Shown: positions 52,946 through 64,000 of the stretch, piece after piece
Layout of the letters: each line of letters opens with the position of its first letter
Position numbering within the stretch: position 1 is the stretch's first letter
Assembly (NCBI GenBank): GCA_963749915.1
Contig: CAVVOP010000027.1
Span: 32,001-96,000, forward strand
Length of the DNA: 64,000 bases
Reading direction: 5' to 3'
DNA from: an uncultured cyanobacterium
GTDB taxonomy: Bacteria; Cyanobacteriota; Cyanobacteriia; Cyanobacteriales; Cyanobacteriaceae
Translations under genes and position numbers: made by a program
The notes under the pieces: generated by a model
Database searches by the model: none
Told to the model about the DNA's origin: nothing
Seen by the model: only the letters and a program-made list of their open reading frames with translations

Positions 52946-53884
52946 CTATTTAAAAATCGCTCTTATCCTATAAATAGGGCGTTGTTGCGATTCATGGTAA
53001 GTACGCATTAACAATTCAGCTAATAAGCCAAAGGAAAATAATTGTACTCCGGTTAATATTAATAAGACACATAATATCAGTAAAGGTCGATCTCCGATAC
53101 TTTTGCCTAAACCGAGTTTAATAAAAGTCAGATAAACCCCGATAAAAACCCCAAGAATAAGGGAAATTAAGCCAAAAAAGCCAAAAACGTACATGGGGCG
53201 AGTAAGAAACTTTTTCATGAAAAATACGGTTAATAAATCCATAATTACCCGAAAAGTACGCCCCAAACCGTATTTACTTTTACCAAAACGCCTTGCATGA
53301 TGATTAACCGGAATTTCCGTAATTTTTGCACCTTCAATATAAGCTAGGGCAGGTAAAAAACGATGCAATTCACCATATAAATTAAGATCAGCAATCAACT
53401 CCCCACGGTATGCTTTAAGAGAACATCCATAATCACGTAACTTTACTCCTGTGATTTTGCTGATAATAAAATTAGCGATTTTTGAGGGTAAAAGACGAGT
53501 TAAGGGATCATCTTGACGATTTTTCCGCCAACCACTCACTAAATCATAACCTTCTTCCAACTTACTCAATAATAAGGGTATATCCGCCGGATCATTTTGT
53601 AAATCCCCGTCAAGGGTAACAATAACCTTCCCGGTGGCATTTTTAAAACCTGCCGCCATTGCTGGAGTTTGACCATAATTTCGTCGTAAAATTACTCCTT
53701 TGACATGGGGGTTAATAGCAGAAAACTCTTTTAATACATTCGTAGAGCCATCTTGAGAACCATCGTCAACACAGATAATTTCGTAGGTTAAGCCAGTGTC
53801 TTTGAGACTGTTGACAATGGCATCGATGAGGGGAGGAATATTTTCGGCTTCATTATAAATGGGGATAACTAAAGATAAATCCAT
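52946..53884 (-). CDS. Glycosyltransferase family 2 (ArnC/DPM-like)
   Basis: VIPIYNE, VDDGSQD, RRNYGQT, LDGDLQNDP, two C-terminal TM helices. Confidence 0.92.
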   Translation of the reverse strand: MDLSLVIPIYNEAENIPPLIDAIVNSLKDTGLTYEIICVDDGSQDGSTNVLKEFSAINPHVKGVILRRNYGQTPAMAAGFKNATGKVIVTLDGDLQNDPADIPLLLSKLEEGYDLVSGWRKNRQDDPLTRLLPSKIANFIISKITGVKLRDYGCSLKAYRGELIADLNLYGELHRFLPALAYIEGAKITEIPVNHHARRFGKSKYGLGRTFRVIMDLLTVFFMKKFLTRPMYVFGFFGLISLILGVFIGVYLTFIKLGLGKSIGDRPLLILCVLLILTGVQLFSFGLLAELLMRTYHESQQRPIYRIRAIFK

Positions 53885-53940
53885 AATAAATAATTGATCA
53901 TTGTCAGTGAATAGTTGATATGAGAACGAAAAAACCTCGA

Positions 53941-54393
53941 CTAATTGGTTGCTTTGATGGTGGCATAAATGAGGAAGACAATGCCAATATTAATACAAAC
54001 ATCGGCAATATTAAAGACGGGAAAATTGATTAACCGAAAATCTAGGAGGTCAACAACATAACCAAAGAAAAATCTATCGATGCCGTTACCTAAAGCACCC
54101 GCTAAGATAAAACCATAGGCTAATTGTTCAATTTTTGATAACTTTTCCCGCCATGCAAAAATTATTAGTCCGATGCTGACGATTAAAGATAACCACCGCA
54201 ACCAACCAGCGCCTCCTTGAAAAAAACTAAAAGCTGCACCCGTATTTTGCACATAGGTTAAGTGAAAAATCCCTTGCCATAATGGTAAAGTATCCCCGAC
54301 ATTATCAAAATTAATAACTACTAGGTATTTAGTAATTTGATCTAAAATTAAGGCAATAATTGCCACTATCCAAAAAAAAGGATTTTTCCCCAT
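53941..54393 (-). CDS. lspA: Lipoprotein signal peptidase II
   Basis: DQITK, NTGAAFS, GALGNGIDR, VVD, FNIAD. Confidence 0.95.
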   Translation of the reverse strand: MGKNPFFWIVAIIALILDQITKYLVVINFDNVGDTLPLWQGIFHLTYVQNTGAAFSFFQGGAGWLRWLSLIVSIGLIIFAWREKLSKIEQLAYGFILAGALGNGIDRFFFGYVVDLLDFRLINFPVFNIADVCINIGIVFLIYATIKATN

Positions 54394-54480
54394 AATTTTT
54401 AATTAACATTTAAAGACAATACATATTGGATAAATAATAATAAAAAAAATGAGCTAAACTTGAAAGTCAATTATTTAAAC

Positions 54481-55104
54481 TTAATACAACAATATAAGTC
54501 TGATAATAAAAGCCACCAGGGATACCGTACAAATTAACGCCAATTGGGCTGGAAAAGGGATGACAGAATACCAGTTAATAGCATCCCACAAATAAGTATC
54601 GCTCAAAACATTACCAAAGAAAGGGGTTATGTAAGTATAGAGAAGAAGATAAACTATTCCACAAATATGAATTACTAATAAACCTAAAAAAGCACTCATG
54701 GCAAATAATTCTAAACGACGTTTTCCGGGTAACACCAAAAATCCACATAACCACGCACCCGGAATAAACCCTAAAATGTAACCAAAACTAGGATACTGGA
54801 AATACTCAACACTACCCCCTTGATAGAAAACTGGTAATTTAAACAAGCCAAGAATAACATACGCAATTTGGGCATAGGCGGCGGCATTTTTTCCCCCGAC
54901 TAATCCCGTAAAAAATACCCCAGCTAATTGATAGGTGATACCGAGAGAAGAAGGTTTTAAGTTTTCTAATTCACTGCCGATGACGGGTAAAACCGTGAAT
55001 ACTTCGACAAATGTACCAAAAATGGTCAACATTAAACCAATTAATGCCCAAAAAAATTCATTTATGGGTGATATTTTCTGTGGTGGTAAGCTGTTATTAT
55101 TCAC
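54481..55104 (-). CDS. bioY: Biotin transporter BioY
   Basis: ITYQLAGV, AYVILGL...PVFYQGG, PSFGYILGF; next to bioB. Confidence 0.88.
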   Translation of the reverse strand: MNNNSLPPQKISPINEFFWALIGLMLTIFGTFVEVFTVLPVIGSELENLKPSSLGITYQLAGVFFTGLVGGKNAAAYAQIAYVILGLFKLPVFYQGGSVEYFQYPSFGYILGFIPGAWLCGFLVLPGKRRLELFAMSAFLGLLVIHICGIVYLLLYTYITPFFGNVLSDTYLWDAINWYSVIPFPAQLALICTVSLVAFIIRLILLY

Positions 55105-55234
55105 GGATTTTTTAGTGTTTGACTCAGGAAAAAAGAGTTAGTAAGCAAAAATCACTGAATACTATATCTTGATCCTCTCATTTCTCAAGATTCTCCCAAA
55201 AGTGACGCAATTTGAACTGTTAACACGAAATTCC

Positions 55235-56296
55235 TCAAGTATTAACAGGGGTTTCTCCTCCTTCTAAGCCTAATTCTGCTAACATAGCATGATCCTCTTC
55301 GGGAGATTGCCCTAAAGTAGTAAGATAATTACCGATTAACATGGCGTTTATGCCCGATTTTAGCCCCTGACGTTGCCATTCTCCTAATACAGCCTCTCTG
55401 CCTCCGGCATAACGTAATATTTGTGTCGGTAAAATAAAACGAAAAATTGCCATCGCCTTAACCGCTTCCAAGGGAGTCAATTTTGGTTCGTCACCAAGGG
55501 GAGTGCCTTCTCTGGGATTAAGTAAATTAATCGGCACCGATTCTACTTCTAATTCTCTCAGAGACAGGGCTAAATCGACCCTATCTGTCCATGTTTCCCC
55601 CATCCCCATTATGCCCCCCGTACAGGCTTGAATACCCGCTTTCTTGAGGTTTTTAACGGTATTTACTCGATCATTCCACGTATGGGTAGTCACGATTTTA
55701 TCATAAAAATTAACAGAGGATTCCAAGTTGTGATTATAACGAGTAACACCAGCTGATTTTAAGGCTTCAGCTTGTTCGAGGGTAACTTCTCCTAAAGCAC
55801 AACAGGGTTTAACATTAGTTTCGGCGATAATTTGCTTAACAGTAGCTAAAATTTCTTCAAATTCGTTATGTTTAGGGCTATTATATTTTATGCCTCGTCC
55901 CTGAGACACTAAACAAAATCTTTTCGCCCCTGCGGCATCGGCGGCTTTAGCATATTCTAAAATTTCTTCTCTGGATTTTAAACCATAAACAAGAGAGTCT
56001 TTTCCTTGATGATGTGCCGATTGCGAACAAAAACTGCAATTTTCTGAACAATTACCGGATTTTATATTGACGATACTGCATAAATCCACAATATTGCCAC
56101 AACAATCCTGACGAATGCGATCAGCATATTCACATAACGATAATATATTGTCTTCTCCTTCTATTTCCGAAAGTTGTAAGGCTTCTTCTCTGTTGATGGG
56201 ATTACCGTTCATTATACGGAAGCTTAATTCTTCTAACCACTGAGTTAATCTAGTTTCTGGGACTGTTTCTGCTTTGCTAATCGTATTTATCACCAA
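55235..56296 (-). CDS. bioB: Biotin synthase
   Basis: KSGNCSENCSFCSQS, YNHNLE, CTGGIMGMGE, SVPIN, GNYLTT. Confidence 0.96.
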   Translation of the reverse strand: MVINTISKAETVPETRLTQWLEELSFRIMNGNPINREEALQLSEIEGEDNILSLCEYADRIRQDCCGNIVDLCSIVNIKSGNCSENCSFCSQSAHHQGKDSLVYGLKSREEILEYAKAADAAGAKRFCLVSQGRGIKYNSPKHNEFEEILATVKQIIAETNVKPCCALGEVTLEQAEALKSAGVTRYNHNLESSVNFYDKIVTTHTWNDRVNTVKNLKKAGIQACTGGIMGMGETWTDRVDLALSLRELEVESVPINLLNPREGTPLGDEPKLTPLEAVKAMAIFRFILPTQILRYAGGREAVLGEWQRQGLKSGINAMLIGNYLTTLGQSPEEDHAMLAELGLEGGETPVNT

Positions 56297-56409
56297 TATT
56301 TCTCCCTTTTCTCTTAAATAACTATGCCATCGCTAATTATATCGGATTATTTCACCTTAAACAGAAAATTACTAATGAACCCATTTCTTTATCAAAGTAG
56401 TTAAACAAC

Positions 56410-58092
56410 CTAAGGCTGCAATTCTTCAAGTATAGTAAAAGAAACATGATTGATGGCTAATTGACCAATAGAAACCTTTTCCTTATTAACGAGATTTCCT
56501 TCACTGGTCAAAGTTTCAAACGGCACATCCTTCGCCATCTCCACATGGTACCATGACAGACCCATAAAAAAACGGGTCGGATAAGGCCCACCATCATCTA
56601 AATCATCAGGATTTGACTCCATCGGCAACCAACCAATATTCGGCAAATAAAACTCCATCCATACATGATTAAAATCAGGCACTAAAGGCACACCAAAATT
56701 TAATACTTTTAATGGACATTTATAACGCCCCACTGTACGACAGGCAATACCATTTAACCTTGATAAAGCCAATAATAACCCCAAATACTCACCACAAGAA
56801 CCTACCCCCCTTTTTAAGACAATGTCTGGTGTATCAATATGAGGTTTAATACCATAAGTAAGATGATCATAAACATAAGTACGAATACTATACATTTTTC
56901 TTAAAAGATTCGTTTCTGTGCCCCTAGCTTCTTCCGCTCCCATTAAGATTACACCAGTGTTCATCGCTAAATTATCATCATCAATCAAATATTTGCTTTC
57001 GTATTCTGGTGATAAAGGGGGTAAACTCTCACAATCACGAGGTTTAATTTGATATTTAATACTCCATACCTCTAAAATCGCCCTCCAACCAAACACACAA
57101 CGCTCATCGGATTTAAACTCAGGAAACTTAAATAAAGCCACCTTTTGCCCATTATAATCTTCTTCAATATAAGGCAATCCCACCGGCTCAAGGCTTCTTA
57201 TTTTCTGTCTATCACTTTCCGTCGGCAAAGCAATGCGCCATTCCAAATCCTTAAACTCGATGGAATCTAACGGCGAAATTTCCTCCAAATAAGTCATCTC
57301 CAACAAAAAACCATTAGACAAAGTGTATTTATTCTCCTGATCATACTTAAAATGTAAAGGATGAATAAAAGTGCGATCCCGATACAACAACTCGTGATTG
57401 GGTTCGGCGTTAGGATTATCTCGAATATAAGGCTCTTGATCAGTATAAGCTATATATAAAACATCTGTGTCATTTTCTTGATCATCATAAAAACTCAACG
57501 CCGTAGGACACTCAAAAGGAGTTAACAGGCTATACTTAACCTTCCCCGTTGCCCTATCCAGACAATAGACACTTTGTTCCAGATAATCGCATAACCAAAT
57601 TTCTTCCCCTTTTATGGTCATATTTTCCGCACCAATACCGGGGGCATAAAACTTAGTCACCTCCTCACCACTCTTAGAATAAACTAAAATCTGTCCCGTT
57701 TTTTGACAACTAATATAAACGGTATTTTCATGAAGGGCAATACCATTAGCAGGATAGGAGATAGAAAATAAAAATTGAGGGGGGGAAATTATTTTCAGTT
57801 CATCTTCGTCTTCTTGGTATTCAATCCCACAGACATAAATATACTCTCTACTGGTAAACCATAACTGATTTTCAGAGAAGCATAAACCCTTTGCACCGAT
57901 AAAATCCTGCCAAGAAGAATTATTGACTATCTTCGTGACACTATTACGGGGGTTAATTTGTAACAAATATCCATTACGGGAATCCACAGCAAATAAATTC
58001 TGATTCTTAAAAGCAATTCCATCAAGGGAAGTAGCAATTATAGGGCGAATTGTAGAGCAAAACTGATTTTGGGTATGAGAATGTGAATTCAT
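56410..58092 (-). CDS. Transglutaminase-like domain protein with N-terminal beta-propeller-like region
   Basis: GVGSCGEY (Cys), NHVWMEFY (His), GWLPME; beta-rich N-terminal half. Confidence 0.85.
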   Translation of the reverse strand: MNSHSHTQNQFCSTIRPIIATSLDGIAFKNQNLFAVDSRNGYLLQINPRNSVTKIVNNSSWQDFIGAKGLCFSENQLWFTSREYIYVCGIEYQEDEDELKIISPPQFLFSISYPANGIALHENTVYISCQKTGQILVYSKSGEEVTKFYAPGIGAENMTIKGEEIWLCDYLEQSVYCLDRATGKVKYSLLTPFECPTALSFYDDQENDTDVLYIAYTDQEPYIRDNPNAEPNHELLYRDRTFIHPLHFKYDQENKYTLSNGFLLEMTYLEEISPLDSIEFKDLEWRIALPTESDRQKIRSLEPVGLPYIEEDYNGQKVALFKFPEFKSDERCVFGWRAILEVWSIKYQIKPRDCESLPPLSPEYESKYLIDDDNLAMNTGVILMGAEEARGTETNLLRKMYSIRTYVYDHLTYGIKPHIDTPDIVLKRGVGSCGEYLGLLLALSRLNGIACRTVGRYKCPLKVLNFGVPLVPDFNHVWMEFYLPNIGWLPMESNPDDLDDGGPYPTRFFMGLSWYHVEMAKDVPFETLTSEGNLVNKEKVSIGQLAINHVSFTILEELQP

Positions 58093-58335
58093 GTTTAGAA
58101 TTAATTCCTTGACTGCAACAATTAAACTAATTAATCATATCTTAACTACCAGCAGACAATAACAAAATACATACCCGACTATTTGCTTATAGTGAACAAT
58201 TCAAAACTTTACTTTATAACCCGTATTCGGTACTTTCATGTATAGACCAGCCCTTTCGAGGTAGGTAAAAAAGCGAAAATCTAGTTTCCTAAAATAGTCA
58301 GGGAAAGAGCAAAAAAAGTGGTTTTAATAGTACTT

Positions 58336-58350
58336 GTGGGCAATGCCCAC
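58336..58350. repeat. REP-like palindrome
   Basis: GTGGGCA-A-TGCCCAC just beyond the stop of the 58359-58829 gene. Confidence 0.5.
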
Positions 58351-58358
58351 GCTACTTG

Positions 58359-58829
58359 TTATAGTTTACTGATAATTTTTTGTAAGATTTCGATTCCTGT
58401 AAACGCTTGCCAACCGAAAATTAACAGCATACTCATATTTATACCGACATGGGTCAATCTAGCGAAACTATTGCCCTTTTGCATATAAGGCACTAAAGAC
58501 ACAGAAATTGCCACCATTGCCATCATCCCTAAACCAGCTAATAAATGAGGACCGACAAATAACTTACCATTGTTAATATAAGTAACTGCCATACCGCCTA
58601 AGGTACCTAACACGACCAAAGCCATAAAAAGGGAACCTACTTGGTGATGACGATGGGCAAAATTACCCTTAATTAACTCTTTTCTCGTTTCTTTATCCGC
58701 TTGGCGAGTCTTTTTCACTTTTATCCCTAAATACAAAGCGTAAATAGCGGTGGCAAATAACACCCACATTAAAATCGGATGTCCAAATTGTGACCATGTT
58801 TTGACGGCTTGGGGAATCTCAAAATTCAT
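58359..58829 (-). CDS. DUF4079-like membrane protein
   Basis: HPILMWVL...YLG, RHHQVG, GKLFVGPHL, H...N...WQAFTG; conserved His in TM helices. Confidence 0.75.
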   Translation of the reverse strand: MNFEIPQAVKTWSQFGHPILMWVLFATAIYALYLGIKVKKTRQADKETRKELIKGNFAHRHHQVGSLFMALVVLGTLGGMAVTYINNGKLFVGPHLLAGLGMMAMVAISVSLVPYMQKGNSFARLTHVGINMSMLLIFGWQAFTGIEILQKIISKL

Positions 58830-59011
58830 TGCTTCTCTACCTTTTTAGTTTAAACTTAAGATTATTTCATATAAATTAACATAGCATTAACAGGGGATCG
58901 ATGTTAATTGTCATGGAGGAAGTAGAATCATCCGTAAATGCAGAGAGTAACGAGATTATGTCACAATCAGAAAAGGAATAGTTTAAGCAGAGTATAGGAC
59001 TTAAAAATAAC

Positions 59012-59698
59012 ATGAATTCACCAATTCAAGCTGTAAGTGCACCCTATCGAGGAGATGCTTATTATCGCACCCCACCTCCTGATTTACCATCTCTATTGTT
59101 AAAAGAAAGAATCGTTTATTTAGGATTGCCATTAGTATCACCTGACGAGTATAAAGATCAATTGGGCATAGATGTCACGGAATTAATTATTGCACAACTG
59201 TTATTTTTGCAATTTGACGATCCCGAAAAGCCCATTTATATGTATATAAACTCCACAGGTACCTCATGGTATGGTGGGGATTCTATCGGTTTTGAAACAG
59301 AGGCCTTTGCTATTTGTGACACCATTAGCTATATTAAACCTCCTGTTCATACTATCTGTTTAGGTCAAGCAATGGGTACCGCTGCCATGATTTTAGCCTC
59401 GGGCACAAAAGGCTATCGGGCAAGTCTTCCTCATGCTAGTATTATTCTCCATCAGGCTAGACAAGGGGCACAAGGGCAAGCTACAGATATTCAAATTCGG
59501 GCAAAGGAAGTTATTGTCAATAAAAGAGTAATGCTTAATATTCTCTCTGATAAAACAGGACAACCGCCAGAAAAAATCGAGAAAGATACCGATCGTATGT
59601 TCTATATGAATCCGCAACAAGCCAAAGAATACGGCATCATTGACAAGGTTTTAGAAAGTAGTAAAGAATTACCCGTGCCACTAGCTGCCGTCAGTTAG
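59012..59698 (+). CDS. clpR: Clp protease non-catalytic subunit ClpR
   Basis: RTPPPDLPSLLLKERIVYLG; catalytic Ser absent (GQAMGTAA); directly upstream of clpP. Confidence 0.9.
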   Translation: MNSPIQAVSAPYRGDAYYRTPPPDLPSLLLKERIVYLGLPLVSPDEYKDQLGIDVTELIIAQLLFLQFDDPEKPIYMYINSTGTSWYGGDSIGFETEAFAICDTISYIKPPVHTICLGQAMGTAAMILASGTKGYRASLPHASIILHQARQGAQGQATDIQIRAKEVIVNKRVMLNILSDKTGQPPEKIEKDTDRMFYMNPQQAKEYGIIDKVLESSKELPVPLAAVS

Positions 59699-59858
59699 GA
59701 TCTGCCCATAATTTGGGGAATAGGAAATACTGCGATGGGCAATAGTTTCTTGTACCATCAAATTATGACTTTCGTCAATATAACATGGGGGTGAATAATC
59801 CTAACTCTCATTTACCAACCATCAATTATTTACTTTAAAAAAATCAAGAGAAAAAAGC

Positions 59859-60458
59859 ATGCCTATTGGAGTACCCAGAGTTCCATATCAAGCACCCGGA
59901 CAACCTTATAGTGACTGGGTTAACATTTACGATCGCCTTTATCGAGAACGCATTATTTTTTTAGGTAGAGGGGTTAATGACAGTTTAGCGAACCAAATTA
60001 TTGCGGTGATGCTATATCTCGACTCCGAAGACCATAAAAAACCAATCTACCTTTATATTAACTCCCCCGGTGGATCGGTAACGGCAGGATTAGCCATTTA
60101 TGACACCATGCAACATATCAAATCCGAAGTTGTTACTATTTGCGTGGGTTTAGCCGCCTCTATGGGTGCATTTTTACTCACCGCCGGTACAAAAGGTAAA
60201 CGTTTAGCCCTACCTCATTCTCGGATTATGATACACCAACCTTTAGGAGGAGTACAAGGACGTCGTCAAGCTACCGATATCGAAATTGAAGCCAAGGAAA
60301 TCTTGCGTATTCGGGATGAATTGAACGGTATCATGGCTTTTCATACAGGGCAACCTATCGAAAAAATCGCTAAAGATACTGATAGAGATTTCTTTATGTC
60401 GGCACAAGAAGCGCTGGAATATGGTTTGATTGATAAAGTCATCGAAGATAGAGTTTAA
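59859..60458 (+). CDS. clpP: Clp protease proteolytic subunit
   Basis: [20 protein letters not shown] (Ser), MIHQP (His), DRD. Confidence 0.96.
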   Translation: MPIGVPRVPYQAPGQPYSDWVNIYDRLYRERIIFLGRGVNDSLANQIIAVMLYLDSEDHKKPIYLYINSPGGSVTAGLAIYDTMQHIKSEVVTICVGLAASMGAFLLTAGTKGKRLALPHSRIMIHQPLGGVQGRRQATDIEIEAKEILRIRDELNGIMAFHTGQPIEKIAKDTDRDFFMSAQEALEYGLIDKVIEDRV

Positions 60459-60531
60459 TCAATGGACAATTAACAATGAACAATTGACAGGATAAAAGTT
60501 TTCATTATCTGAGATTAAAAGGCTTGATGAT

Positions 60532-61104
60532 ATGAATACAGTAATTTTAAATCTAAAAGATGTTGGCATAACTGATGATCAATTTTATAGTTTATGTCAG
60601 GTTAATCCTAATTGGAATTTAGAAATAAATAAACAAGGAGAATTAATAATTATGCCTCCTGTTGGTGGTATTAGTGGTAATCGTGAAGCTAATTTAATCG
60701 CTGATTTAACTATTTGGAATCGTCAGAAAAAATTAGGCGTTGTTTTTAGTTCATCAACTATTTTTTGTTTTCCAAATGGTGCAAAGCGATCGCCAGATGT
60801 TGCCTATATAAAACTAGAAAATTGGCAAAAATTAACTCTACAACAACAAGAAAAATTCCCTCCCATTTGTCCTGATTTTGTTGTAGAATTAAGATCAAAA
60901 ACTGACTCTTTAAAAACCTTACAGGAAAAAATGCAAGAGTATTTAGAAAGCGGCTTACAACTGGGTTGGTTAATCAATCCTCAACAGCAACAAGCAGAAA
61001 TTTATCGCCCTAATCAAGCCGCAGAAATATTATCTTTACCAGCTACTTTATCAGGAGAAAATGTTTTACCTGAATTTATCCTGAATTTGCCTATTTATAA
61101 TTAA
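60532..61104 (+). CDS. Uma2 family endonuclease-fold protein
   Basis: GELIIMPP, RSPDVA, CPDFVVELRS, KMQEY...LGWLINP. Confidence 0.92.
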   Translation: MNTVILNLKDVGITDDQFYSLCQVNPNWNLEINKQGELIIMPPVGGISGNREANLIADLTIWNRQKKLGVVFSSSTIFCFPNGAKRSPDVAYIKLENWQKLTLQQQEKFPPICPDFVVELRSKTDSLKTLQEKMQEYLESGLQLGWLINPQQQQAEIYRPNQAAEILSLPATLSGENVLPEFILNLPIYN

Positions 61105-61158
61105 AGGGTAAAGCCTCATTTTGAATTAATAACTATTAATAATTATCAACAAATAATC

Positions 61159-61857
61159 TTGTTAAATAGCGAGCAAAATTTACCAAAAATTATCAGTAAT
61201 TCCCGAATAATTGAAATAGAAGATTTAGGCTTAATGCCTTATAAAAAAGCATGGGAATATCAACAAAAATTAGTTAAAGAAAGAATAGATAATCCTGCAT
61301 TACCGGACAAATTATTATTAATTGAACATCCCCCCGTTTATACCCTTGGCACCAGCTCAACTTTAGATAACCTCAAATTTGACATAAATAACTTTTCAGG
61401 GAAAATATATCGCATAGAAAGGGGTGGAGAAGTAACATTTCACTGTCCAGGGCAAATAGTCGCTTATCCCATTTTAAATTTACGTTATTATCAACAAGAT
61501 TTACACTGGTATTTAAGACAATTAGAAGAAGTAATTATCCAATTATTAGCAAAATATAACCTTAAAGGAGAAAGAATAAATGGCTTAACAGGAGTGTGGA
61601 TTAATGACGCAAAAATAGCTGCCATTGGCATTAAAGTTAAACGTTGGATTACCATGCACGGATTTGCCCTAAATATCTGTTGCGATTTATCGGGCTTTGA
61701 TCAAATTATTCCCTGTGGTATTAAGGATAAATTTGTCACCAAAATATCCTATTATGTTCAGGATATTAGTGTCCTAGTGGTAAAGCCAGAATTAGTCAAG
61801 ACCTTTGGGAAAGTTTTTTCCGTCACAGTTTCAAGCCAGAAAGATCTCAATCAGTAA
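61159..61857 (+). CDS. lipB: Octanoyltransferase
   Basis: EHPPVYTLG, RGGEVTFHCPGQ, KIAAIG, HGFALN, IIPCG. Confidence 0.95.
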   Translation: MLNSEQNLPKIISNSRIIEIEDLGLMPYKKAWEYQQKLVKERIDNPALPDKLLLIEHPPVYTLGTSSTLDNLKFDINNFSGKIYRIERGGEVTFHCPGQIVAYPILNLRYYQQDLHWYLRQLEEVIIQLLAKYNLKGERINGLTGVWINDAKIAAIGIKVKRWITMHGFALNICCDLSGFDQIIPCGIKDKFVTKISYYVQDISVLVVKPELVKTFGKVFSVTVSSQKDLNQ

Positions 61858-61928
61858 AAAAAGTTTGCCCAAGGTTCGCGAAATAGGTTAGTTTATAGAT
61901 TAAATTTTAGATTTTTGAATCAGATTAT

Positions 61929-62882
61929 ATGGCAATGAGAATTTTAGTTACCGGCGGTGCTGGATTTGTGGGATCTCACCTAGTCGATCGTCTTATGAAT
62001 CAGGGTCATGAAGTATTATGCTTAGATAACTTTTACACGGGCAATAAAATCAATATAGAACAATGGTTTAATAATCCTCGTTTCGAGTTGATTCGCCATG
62101 ATATTACCGAACCCATTAGATTAGAAGTTGATCAAATTTACCACTTAGCCTGTCCCGCTTCCCCTATTCATTACCAGTTTAACCCGGTGAAAACTATAAA
62201 AGTAAATGTCATAGGTACTTTAAATATGTTAGGGTTAGCCAAACGAGTTAAGGCCAGATTTTTATTAGCTTCTACCTCTGAAGTGTATGGAGATCCTGAT
62301 GTGCATCCTCAACCGGAAGAATATAGAGGTAACGTGAATTGTATAGGGATTCGTAGTTGCTATGATGAAGGTAAAAGAGTGGCAGAAACTCTTGCCTTTG
62401 ACTATTATCGAGAGCATCAATTAGAGGTTCGAGTAGCCCGAATTTTTAATACCTATGGTCCCAGAATGTTAGAAAAAGACGGACGTGTTGTTAGTAATTT
62501 TATCGCCCAAGCCATTAGGGGAATCCCTCTAACTGTATATGGCGATGGTTCACAAACCCGTAGTTTTTGCTATGTTTCTGACTTAGTAGAAGGATTAATG
62601 CGTCTTATGAATAACGATTATGTTGGCCCGGTAAATTTAGGCAACCCTGGAGAATATACTATTTTACAATTAGCCCAAACTATCCAAGAAATGGTTAATC
62701 CCGACGCTGAATTAGTATATAAACCTTTACCCGAAGACGATCCAAAACAACGTCAACCTGATATTAATAAAGCAAAACACTATTTGGATTGGCAACCAAC
62801 TATTCCCCTTAAAGAGGGTTTAAAACTTACTATTGAGGATTTTCGCCGCCGAATAGAGACTGAGGCGAACCTTCCATTTTAA
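61929..62882 (+). CDS. UDP-glucuronate decarboxylase (UDP-xylose synthase-like SDR)
   Basis: [39 protein letters not shown]. Confidence 0.93.
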   Translation: MAMRILVTGGAGFVGSHLVDRLMNQGHEVLCLDNFYTGNKINIEQWFNNPRFELIRHDITEPIRLEVDQIYHLACPASPIHYQFNPVKTIKVNVIGTLNMLGLAKRVKARFLLASTSEVYGDPDVHPQPEEYRGNVNCIGIRSCYDEGKRVAETLAFDYYREHQLEVRVARIFNTYGPRMLEKDGRVVSNFIAQAIRGIPLTVYGDGSQTRSFCYVSDLVEGLMRLMNNDYVGPVNLGNPGEYTILQLAQTIQEMVNPDAELVYKPLPEDDPKQRQPDINKAKHYLDWQPTIPLKEGLKLTIEDFRRRIETEANLPF

Positions 62883-62970
62883 TGGAAGGGAAACTCATTG
62901 AAAATCTGCCACAGCTATTTTGCCTGAAACAGCTTTAAAATATTAAAAATTTATTATCAAGGAGAAATTT

Positions 62971-64000
62971 ATGCGTGTTTGTGTCATCGGTACTGGATAT
63001 GTAGGCTTAGTTACAGGCGTATGCCTGGCTCATATCGGTCATGATGTGATTTGTGTCGATAATAATGAGGAAAAAGTTAAACTCATGAAACAAGGGCAAT
63101 CCCCTATTTATGAACCCGGATTATCGGAATTGATGGACTCTTGCATGAATATTGGGAAGTTGAACTTTACTACGGATTTGAGTGCGGGGGTTAATCATGG
63201 GGAGATTTTATTTATCGCCGTTGGTACTCCACCTTTACCTACTGGAGAGAGTGATACTCGTTATGTGGAGGCAGTTGCAAGGGGTATTGGGAATAATCTT
63301 AATGGTGGTTATAAGGTAATTGTCAATAAATCAACTGTACCGATAGGTTCTGGAGATTGGGTACGGATGATCGTGTTGGATGGTTTCAAAGACCGACAAA
63401 CCCAAACTTTGGGCGATGGTTTCGTGATGACAGAAGAAACTACCCCTTTATTTGATGTTGTCAGCAATCCTGAATTTTTGAGGGAAGGTAGTGCAGTTTA
63501 TGACACTTTCAATCCCGATCGCATTGTTTTAGGTAGTAGCAGTGAAAAAGCGATCGTCACGATGAAGGAATTATATCAGCCTTTAGTTGATCGTCGTTTT
63601 TCTGATGATACCACCTTACCCCCTGTTCCCGTAGTTGTTACGGATTTAAGTTCGGCGGAAATGATCAAATATGCCGCTAATGCTTTTCTCGCCACGAAAA
63701 TCAGTTTTATCAACGAAGTTGCCAATATTTGCGATCGAGTAGGGGCAGATGTGACTCAAGTAGCTCAAGGTATTGGTTTAGATTCTCGTATCGGTAGTAA
63801 ATTTTTACAGGCAGGTATCGGTTGGGGAGGTTCATGTTTTCCCAAGGACGTGTCAGCCTTAATTCATACTGCCAGGGACTACGGCTACGAAACAGAATTG
63901 ATGAATGCCGCCGTCAAAGTTAACCAACGTCAAAGAGTAATCGTCATCGAAAAACTACAACAAGAGTTAAAAATCCTCAAAGGGAAAGTAGTCGGGTTAC
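62971..64000 (+). CDS. ugd: UDP-glucose 6-dehydrogenase, runs off window end
   Basis: Manual translation MRVCVIGTGYVGLV..., NKSTVP, SNPEFLREG, KYAANAFLA, GWGGSCFPKD. Confidence 0.93.
   Translation, partial: MRVCVIGTGYVGLVTGVCLAHIGHDVICVDNNEEKVKLMKQGQSPIYEPGLSELMDSCMNIGKLNFTTDLSAGVNHGEILFIAVGTPPLPTGESDTRYVEAVARGIGNNLNGGYKVIVNKSTVPIGSGDWVRMIVLDGFKDRQTQTLGDGFVMTEETTPLFDVVSNPEFLREGSAVYDTFNPDRIVLGSSSEKAIVTMKELYQPLVDRRFSDDTTLPPVPVVVTDLSSAEMIKYAANAFLATKISFINEVANICDRVGADVTQVAQGIGLDSRIGSKFLQAGIGWGGSCFPKDVSALIHTARDYGYETELMNAAVKVNQRQRVIVIEKLQQELKILKGKVVGL

Noticed and set aside
60532..61104. Uma2 nuclease as a defence system
   Set aside because: Common multi-copy family in cyanobacteria; no partner genes adjacent.

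Overview
AT-rich chromosomal DNA from a unicellular cyanobacterium. The assignment rests on scattered HIP1 GCGATCGC octamers and the genes ppc, chlL/chlN, acsF and clpR/clpP; a Geminocystis/Cyanobacterium-like host is a guess. Most of the window is housekeeping: rimK, rlmN, ppc, metH, msrA, hemF, acsF, cobM, an EF-G paralog, grxC, FTR1, mreD, a group-2 sigma factor, chlLN, lspA, bioYB, clpRP, lipB, UDP-sugar enzymes, and tRNA-Gly(GCC) and tRNA-Leu(CAA). An accessory island at about 18.5-33.3 kb holds a composite IS relic, a mosaic high-GC serralysin-like RTX protease with long internal tandem repeats, an orphan PilX-like protein, a second RTX protein, and a frameshifted filamentous-haemagglutinin gene with two TPS domains. 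A solo TnpB element with intact-looking ends sits just after grxC. The most striking compact feature is the 3' end of an M48 peptidase gene. Its last codons and stop codon are the 5' end of tRNA-Leu, and the codons just upstream contain a promoter-like TTGATC-N18-TATAAT. Many small palindromic and heptamer repeats fill the intergenic regions. All calls come from reading motifs by eye; no database searches were run.
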